From the NCBI GenBank assembly GCA_000004985.1, contig GG738996.1: 13,277 nt of DNA. One strand, given 5' to 3'. Position numbers and translations under genes: made by a program. Origin of the DNA: Naegleria gruberi. Lineage: Eukaryota. Below, piece after piece: positions 1-7,779 of the stretch (the first letter of the stretch is position 1; every line of letters starts with the position of its first letter). The notes beneath the pieces are model-generated. The model worked only from the letters and a program-made list of their open reading frames with translations. It was not told where the DNA came from and searched no databases.

Positions 1-64
1 CGACATGAAAGTTGGCGGTAGGCATGAACCATTTCACAAGCCTTGACGCCATGAGCTGACACAT
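1..64 (-). CDS. Candidate 5' end of a minus-strand gene running off the window start. ATG at plus 62-64 (minus strand), 21 open codons MCQLMASRLVKWFMPTANFHV.
   Basis: Reverse complement of 1-64 reads agaaATGtgtcagctcatggcgtcaaggcttgtgaaatggttcatgcctaccgccaactttcatgtcg, open to position 1. Local G+C is about 48%, against about 20% in true spacers. It is too short for any family call and is not in the ORF track (below its length cutoff). Confidence 0.15.
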   Translation of the reverse strand, partial: MCQLMASRLVKWFMPTANFHV

Positions 65-689
65 TTCTTTGGTTTTTAAAGTTTCCTTAAATGGCATCCA
101 AAATTGGTTTTGATTTGTGACTTATTAATTGGTACAACTTTGACAGAATTGGCGCATCTCAGTAATTTAAGGAAGGAACTCCAATGTATTAACTTGATGT
201 TGTGGTTTCACATTTGCTACTCATTTGGAAATATGGAGTTTGGCCCTGAAATGTTCGATCTATCACGTTTCAACATGTTTTATGTAACATTATTCTCGTA
301 CAATAATCATTTTCAGATGATACAACAATGAGAACAGACACATTAGCATTTGATTTGTTGTAGCGTGATTCTGTTTCTCCACAATTACTCATTTCTGTTT
401 TACCGTCCACAAATGTATTCGAAACCTTATGTGAAAACTTGCGTAAGTGAACTACAGAAAGTGTTGAAGTTGCTTCCTCAAATTACTGAGATTGGTTCAC
501 ACTCCCATGATCATACCTCAACTCTATTCTAATCAACTGTAAAGTGAAATGCGCGCCGATTGTCCCAACCTTTTGAACGTTCATCCAACTTTTAACAAAT
601 TTTTCTTGGACAAAGTGATAAGAATAGTTTTATCATGATGTTCAATGTAATGGTGAAGTGCTATGATAATTCAGCTCCCTTAATCAATT

Positions 690-830
690 TTGCATATTAT
701 TCAACTCTTCTAAAAACAAAGTTTACAATTTCCAAGTTCAAACAAACTTTAAATCTAAAAATAACCTCACAATTCCAAAGTAAAATTTTAAAAAAAAGGT
801 TTTTTTTTGTTTGTTGTCTGTTGATCAAAA
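690..830 (+). promoter_or_regulatory. AT-rich proximal promoter / 5' UTR region of the thioredoxin gene, including an A8-GG-T9 homopolymer pair at 790-808.
   Basis: Over 80% A+T immediately upstream of the ATG at 831. The aaaaaaaaggttttttttt tract ends 22 nt before the start codon. In-frame TGA at 822-824 makes 831 the first possible start. Position relative to the CDS is the only evidence. Confidence 0.3.
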
Positions 831-934
831 ATGTCCAAGGTTAAACACATTAATTCTGAAGAGGAATTCAGAGGTTACCTCCGTAATAGTACTGGAAAGT
901 TGGTGGTTGCTGATTTTTATGCTGAATGGTGTGG
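831..934 (+). CDS. Thioredoxin (cytosolic Trx1/Trx-h type), exon 1: [34 protein letters not shown] plus the first 2 nt of the Gly codon.
   Basis: ATG at 831 in caaaaATGtcc context, preceded by in-frame TGA at 822-824. The translation contains the thioredoxin beta1-alpha1-beta2 lead-in '[13 protein letters not shown]'. The exon ends ..tgg tgt gg|GTAAGT at 934/935. Joined to exon 2 it gives the canonical WCGPC active site. Confidence 0.85.
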
Positions 935-1187
935 GTAAGTTTTGTGATGTTGGATTTTGATCGGGTAGAGATTGTGATCATTAATATATTAACTAATTAA
1001 TAATTTATATTAATCATTGTGTTTAATAATAATAATATTCGGATGATGATAATTATAATTGGTTATGTAATGATGACGATGATTATATTTAATTTTGTGA
1101 TCACAATGTATATCTTGTGTTTTCATTGATTGAAATAATAATAATATACAAAATCATTCATATGATTTAATGATGATAATAATATAG
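935..1187 (+). other. Spliceosomal intron (253 nt, phase 2) of the thioredoxin gene. Donor GTAAGT at 935-940, acceptor atatAG at 1182-1187.
   Basis: About 82% A+T, with a consensus GTAAGT donor and a TAG acceptor. Splicing 934 to 1188 recreates gga (Gly) and the continuous reading WCG|PCQMIKP. It contains TGATGA/(AAT)n low-complexity repeats and a duplicated 'ttgtgatca' (972-980 and 1094-1102). Confidence 0.8.
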
Positions 1188-1287
1188 ACCATGTCAAATG
1201 ATTAAACCACATTATGAAGCACTTGCCTCTAAATATTCAAACGTTGTCTTCCTCAAAGTTGATGTTGATAAACATAATGCAATTTCC
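1188..1287 (+). CDS. Thioredoxin exon 2 (partial): (G)[33 protein letters not shown], truncated by the N block at 1288.
   Basis: Reading frame continues from exon 1. 'WCGPCQMIKP...[13 protein letters not shown]' matches remembered animal/fungal Trx1 sequences closely (human '...[31 protein letters not shown]', yeast '...[10 protein letters not shown]...'). About 37 C-terminal residues and the stop lie in the masked region. Confidence 0.85.
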
Positions 1288-4200
1288 NNNNNNNNNNNNN
1301 NNNNNNNNNNNNNNNNNNNNNNNNNNNNNNNNNNNNNNNNNNNNNNNNNNNNNNNNNNNNNNNNNNNNNNNNNNNNNNNNNNNNNNNNNNNNNNNNNNNN
1401 NNNNNNNNNNNNNNNNNNNNNNNNNNNNNNNNNNNNNNNNNNNNNNNNNNNNNNNNNNNNNNNNNNNNNNNNNNNNNNNNNNNNNNNNNNNNNNNNNNNN
1501 NNNNNNNNNNNNNNNNNNNNNNNNNNNNNNNNNNNNNNNNNNNNNNNNNNNNNNNNNNNNNNNNNNNNNNNNNNNNNNNNNNNNNNNNNNNNNNNNNNNN
1601 NNNNNNNNNNNNNNNNNNNNNNNNNNNNNNNNNNNNNNNNNNNNNNNNNNNNNNNNNNNNNNNNNNNNNNNNNNNNNNNNNNNNNNNNNNNNNNNNNNNN
1701 NNNNNNNNNNNNNNNNNNNNNNNNNNNNNNNNNNNNNNNNNNNNNNNNNNNNNNNNNNNNNNNNNNNNNNNNNNNNNNNNNNNNNNNNNNNNNNNNNNNN
1801 NNNNNNNNNNNNNNNNNNNNNNNNNNNNNNNNNNNNNNNNNNNNNNNNNNNNNNNNNNNNNNNNNNNNNNNNNNNNNNNNNNNNNNNNNNNNNNNNNNNN
1901 NNNNNNNNNNNNNNNNNNNNNNNNNNNNNNNNNNNNNNNNNNNNNNNNNNNNNNNNNNNNNNNNNNNNNNNNNNNNNNNNNNNNNNNNNNNNNNNNNNNN
2001 NNNNNNNNNNNNNNNNNNNNNNNNNNNNNNNNNNNNNNNNNNNNNNNNNNNNNNNNNNNNNNNNNNNNNNNNNNNNNNNNNNNNNNNNNNNNNNNNNNNN
2101 NNNNNNNNNNNNNNNNNNNNNNNNNNNNNNNNNNNNNNNNNNNNNNNNNNNNNNNNNNNNNNNNNNNNNNNNNNNNNNNNNNNNNNNNNNNNNNNNNNNN
2201 NNNNNNNNNNNNNNNNNNNNNNNNNNNNNNNNNNNNNNNNNNNNNNNNNNNNNNNNNNNNNNNNNNNNNNNNNNNNNNNNNNNNNNNNNNNNNNNNNNNN
2301 NNNNNNNNNNNNNNNNNNNNNNNNNNNNNNNNNNNNNNNNNNNNNNNNNNNNNNNNNNNNNNNNNNNNNNNNNNNNNNNNNNNNNNNNNNNNNNNNNNNN
2401 NNNNNNNNNNNNNNNNNNNNNNNNNNNNNNNNNNNNNNNNNNNNNNNNNNNNNNNNNNNNNNNNNNNNNNNNNNNNNNNNNNNNNNNNNNNNNNNNNNNN
2501 NNNNNNNNNNNNNNNNNNNNNNNNNNNNNNNNNNNNNNNNNNNNNNNNNNNNNNNNNNNNNNNNNNNNNNNNNNNNNNNNNNNNNNNNNNNNNNNNNNNN
2601 NNNNNNNNNNNNNNNNNNNNNNNNNNNNNNNNNNNNNNNNNNNNNNNNNNNNNNNNNNNNNNNNNNNNNNNNNNNNNNNNNNNNNNNNNNNNNNNNNNNN
2701 NNNNNNNNNNNNNNNNNNNNNNNNNNNNNNNNNNNNNNNNNNNNNNNNNNNNNNNNNNNNNNNNNNNNNNNNNNNNNNNNNNNNNNNNNNNNNNNNNNNN
2801 NNNNNNNNNNNNNNNNNNNNNNNNNNNNNNNNNNNNNNNNNNNNNNNNNNNNNNNNNNNNNNNNNNNNNNNNNNNNNNNNNNNNNNNNNNNNNNNNNNNN
2901 NNNNNNNNNNNNNNNNNNNNNNNNNNNNNNNNNNNNNNNNNNNNNNNNNNNNNNNNNNNNNNNNNNNNNNNNNNNNNNNNNNNNNNNNNNNNNNNNNNNN
3001 NNNNNNNNNNNNNNNNNNNNNNNNNNNNNNNNNNNNNNNNNNNNNNNNNNNNNNNNNNNNNNNNNNNNNNNNNNNNNNNNNNNNNNNNNNNNNNNNNNNN
3101 NNNNNNNNNNNNNNNNNNNNNNNNNNNNNNNNNNNNNNNNNNNNNNNNNNNNNNNNNNNNNNNNNNNNNNNNNNNNNNNNNNNNNNNNNNNNNNNNNNNN
3201 NNNNNNNNNNNNNNNNNNNNNNNNNNNNNNNNNNNNNNNNNNNNNNNNNNNNNNNNNNNNNNNNNNNNNNNNNNNNNNNNNNNNNNNNNNNNNNNNNNNN
3301 NNNNNNNNNNNNNNNNNNNNNNNNNNNNNNNNNNNNNNNNNNNNNNNNNNNNNNNNNNNNNNNNNNNNNNNNNNNNNNNNNNNNNNNNNNNNNNNNNNNN
3401 NNNNNNNNNNNNNNNNNNNNNNNNNNNNNNNNNNNNNNNNNNNNNNNNNNNNNNNNNNNNNNNNNNNNNNNNNNNNNNNNNNNNNNNNNNNNNNNNNNNN
3501 NNNNNNNNNNNNNNNNNNNNNNNNNNNNNNNNNNNNNNNNNNNNNNNNNNNNNNNNNNNNNNNNNNNNNNNNNNNNNNNNNNNNNNNNNNNNNNNNNNNN
3601 NNNNNNNNNNNNNNNNNNNNNNNNNNNNNNNNNNNNNNNNNNNNNNNNNNNNNNNNNNNNNNNNNNNNNNNNNNNNNNNNNNNNNNNNNNNNNNNNNNNN
3701 NNNNNNNNNNNNNNNNNNNNNNNNNNNNNNNNNNNNNNNNNNNNNNNNNNNNNNNNNNNNNNNNNNNNNNNNNNNNNNNNNNNNNNNNNNNNNNNNNNNN
3801 NNNNNNNNNNNNNNNNNNNNNNNNNNNNNNNNNNNNNNNNNNNNNNNNNNNNNNNNNNNNNNNNNNNNNNNNNNNNNNNNNNNNNNNNNNNNNNNNNNNN
3901 NNNNNNNNNNNNNNNNNNNNNNNNNNNNNNNNNNNNNNNNNNNNNNNNNNNNNNNNNNNNNNNNNNNNNNNNNNNNNNNNNNNNNNNNNNNNNNNNNNNN
4001 NNNNNNNNNNNNNNNNNNNNNNNNNNNNNNNNNNNNNNNNNNNNNNNNNNNNNNNNNNNNNNNNNNNNNNNNNNNNNNNNNNNNNNNNNNNNNNNNNNNN
4101 NNNNNNNNNNNNNNNNNNNNNNNNNNNNNNNNNNNNNNNNNNNNNNNNNNNNNNNNNNNNNNNNNNNNNNNNNNNNNNNNNNNNNNNNNNNNNNNNNNNN

Positions 4201-5595
4201 NNNNNNNNNNNNNNNNNNNNNNNNNNNNNNNNNNNNNNNNNNNNNNNNNNNNNNNNNNNNNNNNNNNNNNNNNNNNNNNNNNNNNNNNNNNNNNNNNNNN
4301 NNNNNNNNNNNNNNNNNNNNNNNNNNNNNNNNNNNNNNNNNNNNNNNNNNNNNNNNNNNNNNNNNNNNNNNNNNNNNNNNNNNNNNNNNNNNNNNNNNNN
4401 NNNNNNNNNNNNNNNNNNNNNNNNNNNNNNNNNNNNNNNNNNNNNNNNNNNNNNNNNNNNNNNNNNNNNNNNNNNNNNNNNNNNNNNNNNNNNNNNNNNN
4501 NNNNNNNNNNNNNNNNNNNNNNNNNNNNNNNNNNNNNNNNNNNNNNNNNNNNNNNNNNNNNNNNNNNNNNNNNNNNNNNNNNNNNNNNNNNNNNNNNNNN
4601 NNNNNNNNNNNNNNNNNNNNNNNNNNNNNNNNNNNNNNNNNNNNNNNNNNNNNNNNNNNNNNNNNNNNNNNNNNNNNNNNNNNNNNNNNNNNNNNNNNNN
4701 NNNNNNNNNNNNNNNNNNNNNNNNNNNNNNNNNNNNNNNNNNNNNNNNNNNNNNNNNNNNNNNNNNNNNNNNNNNNNNNNNNNNNNNNNNNNNNNNNNNN
4801 NNNNNNNNNNNNNNNNNNNNNNNNNNNNNNNNNNNNNNNNNNNNNNNNNNNNNNNNNNNNNNNNNNNNNNNNNNNNNNNNNNNNNNNNNNNNNNNNNNNN
4901 NNNNNNNNNNNNNNNNNNNNNNNNNNNNNNNNNNNNNNNNNNNNNNNNNNNNNNNNNNNNNNNNNNNNNNNNNNNNNNNNNNNNNNNNNNNNNNNNNNNN
5001 NNNNNNNNNNNNNNNNNNNNNNNNNNNNNNNNNNNNNNNNNNNNNNNNNNNNNNNNNNNNNNNNNNNNNNNNNNNNNNNNNNNNNNNNNNNNNNNNNNNN
5101 NNNNNNNNNNNNNNNNNNNNNNNNNNNNNNNNNNNNNNNNNNNNNNNNNNNNNNNNNNNNNNNNNNNNNNNNNNNNNNNNNNNNNNNNNNNNNNNNNNNN
5201 NNNNNNNNNNNNNNNNNNNNNNNNNNNNNNNNNNNNNNNNNNNNNNNNNNNNNNNNNNNNNNNNNNNNNNNNNNNNNNNNNNNNNNNNNNNNNNNNNNNN
5301 NNNNNNNNNNNNNNNNNNNNNNNNNNNNNNNNNNNNNNNNNNNNNNNNNNNNNNNNNNNNNNNNNNNNNNNNNNNNNNNNNNNNNNNNNNNNNNNNNNNN
5401 NNNNNNNNNNNNNNNNNNNNNNNNNNNNNNNNNNNNNNNNNNNNNNNNNNNNNNNNNNNNNNNNNNNNNNNNNNNNNNNNNNNNNNNNNNNNNNNNNNNN
5501 NNNNNNNNNNNNNNNNNNNNNNNNNNNNNNNNNNNNNNNNNNNNNNNNNNNNNNNNNNNNNNNNNNNNNNNNNNNNNNNNNNNNNNNNNNNNNNN
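1288..5595. other. Run of 4308 N (masked or unsequenced). It hides the 3' part of the thioredoxin gene and everything beyond codon 207 of the convergent TPR gene.
   Basis: Literal n characters. Both flanks are unique coding sequence, not repeats. Confidence 1.
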
Positions 5596-6217
5596 ATTGC
5601 TTGTTTAATTGATCCAAATTTCCAACTCTCTTCACAACACTCTTCATTGCCTTCAATAAATCATCCAATTTTTCAATAATGACAATCTTGTGTTCCTTCC
5701 TTACGAAATGATTTAAATAAAATTCCCTTCTCATTTCCATTTCAATTCTCCTCATCACTGATGATGATGAATTCATATTCGAGAAGGGATTAATCAATTC
5801 CTGAGTTTTTTCCAACAGTGCCTGTTCATCCTGTAATTTCTGAATGCACTTGTTCAATTCCGATTCAAAAGTTGATCTCTCTTCCTTTGATTGATTTAAT
5901 TGTTGATTATTGAGAGCATCTGCTAATACTTGATAGGCTTTTCCGAAACGATTCAATTCCATCAAACCTTTCGAAAGTCTGAAATAACCTTTACTGAATT
6001 TCGGATCCAATTTTATGGTTTGTTCTGCATCACTAATCATGGATCGATAATCGGCAATATTCTGATAGCAGGCACTTCTGTTGGAATAATAGATGGAATT
6101 GTTCGGATCTAATTCTATACATTTTGAATATAATTCAATGGCTCGATCATACTTTTTCAATTTGAAAAATTGATTTCCTTCTTCTTTAAATTTTTGTGCT
6201 TGCTCTGATTGAGACAT
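5596..6217 (-). CDS. TPR-repeat protein, N-terminal 207 codons (partial; continues into the N block). Three TPR motifs resembling the Hsp70/Hsp90-binding TPR1 of STI1/Hop and the PP5 TPR domain, followed by a charged coiled-coil-like segment.
   Basis: ATG on the minus strand at plus 6215-6217 (aaaaATGtct). Continuous ORF MSQSEQAQKFKEEGNQFFKLKKYDRAIELYSKCIELDPNNSIYYSNRSACYQNIADYRSMISDAEQTIKLDPKFSKGYFRLSKGLMELNRFGKAYQVLADALNNQQ.... The pattern '..IELDPNNSIYYSNRSACY..KLDPKFSKGY.R....ELNRF' matches the remembered STI1 N-terminus ('AIKLDPHNHVLYSNRSAAY...[23 protein letters not shown]') and PP5 ('AIELNPSNAIYYGNRSLAY'). It is then Q/E/K-rich ('ESELNKCIQKLQDEQALLEKTQEL', 'RRIEMEMRREF'). Exact family (Hop, PP5, CHIP-like or other) is undecidable because the C-terminus is masked. 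Confidence 0.8.
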
Positions 6218-6410
6218 TTTTTTGAAAGCTTGGTTATCGGAATTGATACTGTTACAACAATTCCGATATCAAAAGATAATGTCAATGATAATCACAAGTG
6301 ATCTGCCAAATGTCATAAATTGAGAAAGATTTAATATAAAATAAATTTATTAAGGGGTATATAAATGTATATAAATTTCAGAGATTAGTTATAACTAATA
6401 TCTGCAGTGA
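6218..6410 (-). promoter_or_regulatory. AT-rich 5' flank of the TPR gene with a TATA-like tatataaatgtatataaat at about 6358-6378.
   Basis: Over 80% A+T directly upstream (on the minus strand) of the ATG at 6217. The TATA-like element is about 140-160 nt upstream of the ATG. Evidence is positional only. Confidence 0.3.
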
Positions 6411-6871
6411 AGGTTTAAGGGTGGTGATGAGACCAATATTCCGTACAAGTGAGTATGCTGGCAAAACGTTGTCAGACAACAATCACATACAAACTTGCAA
6501 AGGGTGTTATACAAATGTGTTAAGTAAATTGGTTGGTGGGCGTGGAGAAACCAGAATCAATCTCAAAACAAGTATTGTGTCAACGCCGCTTGAGATGAGA
6601 TTAAACAATGTGCCTCTGGTTTTTGGTTAGAGATTTGATGGATGTTAGCATATAGGTTTGTCAAGGAAGAGGAAGAACTATTAAATGTTCCACTCCCAAA
6701 ACAAACCAAACTTGTAAATATAGTACAGTTGAAGCAGTATCACCACTATTTGCCAATAAAGTTTTGGAGCTTGACAAGTAAAGTGAGCAACACTACTACA
6801 AGTAAATATGCATAATATATAAATGAACCACTGCCACCATAAAATAAAACTCATCCCAATAATTCCTTAAT

Positions 6872-7779
6872 CTACAAGTCCAAAATGGACAAGTTGATAA
6901 ACTCGTGAGGCTTTGGAATGGTAATAAATGGTTTGACCTTTACCTTCTTATCCTCGGCGAGTACCTCCACTTCATATTCATTGTAGTAGATTCTAGCCTT
7001 TTCATTAAAGCCATAACTCTTGTAGAGTTGTTGAGAGTAGGCACCAGTACATTCAACAAGGACTTCGTTGTATCCAAGTTGTTTGGCATATTCGAGGTTC
7101 TTCTCGAGCATTCTGGTAGCCAATCTCATTCTACGAGCAAAGGCAAAGACACCAGCACTACAGACTTTCATAGTCTTCTTCTTCTTTTCGCCGCTTTTGA
7201 TGCCATCGAATGAAGTACGAGGGGAACCATGAGATTCGAATGGTGATTCTGGTTCTTCTTGAATAGCCTTTTCGTTAGCATGAAAAACTTCATGCAAACG
7301 TTCAAGCAATTCACCTTGAACAGTAACACCAGGATCATCACTGTGAGGTCAACCCAGGTTTCATAGTCATGGCACAAGTGGAATCCAACAACCATCTTGG
7401 AGTTTCTGTCAATGGCCAACATGCTCAACTTGCCATCACAACATTGTTGTGCATAGACAAGAGAGTAGGCGAAAAAGTTGATTGGATTGGTACGAGTGGC
7501 AATACAGAGAGGTTCTTCTTGAGCAAAAACAACAGAGAGAGCTACGGCTACTTGTTGTACATACTCTTGAGTGAAGAGAACAATATCAAATTGGTCTGCA
7601 ATTGGTTGAGGGGAAGTAACGGCAGCGTGTCCAACTTCAACAACATTGGTTGTTGCCTTGGTTGGAGTTGGAATGGTCTTGGCTAAAACATCGTTGGACA
7701 AGATACCACTACTACTATTCTTCTTGTTAATATTGGAGCTGGTTGCGTTTTCTACTGATGGAATCATTAAAATAGACAT
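6872..7779 (-). CDS. GNAT-family N-acetyltransferase, arylalkylamine/dopamine N-acetyltransferase (AANAT)-like, about 300 aa. The reading frame is broken by a single-base frameshift near plus 7344-7351. Frame A covers 7779 down to about 7345 and frame B covers about 7344 down to the TAG stop at 6872-6874.
   Basis: Minus-strand ATG at plus 7777-7779 (gaaaATGtct). Frame A reads MSILMIPSVENATSS...ADQFDIVLFTQEYVQQVAVALSVVFAQEEPLCIATRTNPINFFAYSLVYAQQCCDGKLSMLAIDRNSKMVVGFHLCHDYETW. Frame B reads ...HSDDPGVTVQGELLERLHEVFHANEKAIQEEPES...KVCSAGVFAFARRMRLATRMLEKNLEYAKQLGYNEVLVECTGAYSQQLYKSYGFNEKARIYYNEYEV... The second half is a classic GNAT motif A/B region ('...LEYAKQLGY..V.VEC....S..LYKSYGF'). The overall order resembles the remembered insect Dat/AANAT-like sequence ('...FFKDEPLN...GVFLNGL...[31 protein letters not shown]...MEKLGFHEV'). 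The region is uniformly coding-like with no AT-rich interruption, so the frame switch is not an intron. Confidence 0.75.
7336..7351 (-). other. Frameshift site inside the GNAT gene. Frame B is closed by TGA at plus 7349-7351 immediately upstream. A 1-nt insertion at plus ~7344/7345 (..gac ctc [c]ac agt gat gat cct..) would give one continuous ORF '..ETWVDLHSDDPGV..'.
   Basis: Derived by translating the minus strand in both frames across 7300-7380. The only GT..AG pair nearby (gttgacctcacag) would be a 13-nt intron without consensus. Confidence 0.6.

Noticed and set aside
635-844. 69-aa plus-strand ORF overlapping the thioredoxin start.
   Set aside because: Low-complexity AT-rich sequence, in a different frame from the thioredoxin ATG, and it ends 10 nt into exon 1. 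Most likely 5' UTR or promoter.
1036-1187. Intron-encoded C/D box snoRNA in the thioredoxin intron, suggested by repeated TGATGA motifs.
   Set aside because: There is no CUGA (D or D' box) anywhere in the intron and no terminal stem. The TGATGA copies are part of (AAT/GAT)n low complexity.
1198-5679. Very long ORFs in the supplied track (1198..5679, 1214..5608 on the plus strand; 1253..6217 on the minus strand as a 1654-aa protein) that span the first N block.
   Set aside because: They are open only because N translates to X. Only the flanking real sequence (thioredoxin exon 2 on the plus strand, TPR N-terminus on the minus strand) is meaningful, and the two genes are convergent rather than one giant ORF.
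5930-6112. 60-aa plus-strand ORF inside the TPR gene.
   Set aside because: It is antisense to a well-supported TPR coding region and has no similarity. A shadow ORF.
831-6217. Thioredoxin plus TPR as a tetratricoredoxin (TDX)-like fused protein.
   Set aside because: The two coding regions are on opposite strands and converge, so they cannot be a single polypeptide.
7339-7351. Possibility that 'gttgacctcacag' is a micro-intron joining the two GNAT frames.
   Set aside because: At 13 nt it is far below any spliceosomal minimum. There is no GTAAGT-like donor and no AT-rich content, unlike the genuine 253-nt intron in the same window. A 1-nt indel explains the frames exactly.
6905-7686. Plus-strand ORFs 6905..7213 and 7369..7686.
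   Set aside because: Both are antisense shadow ORFs of the GNAT gene. The GNAT homology is on the minus strand.
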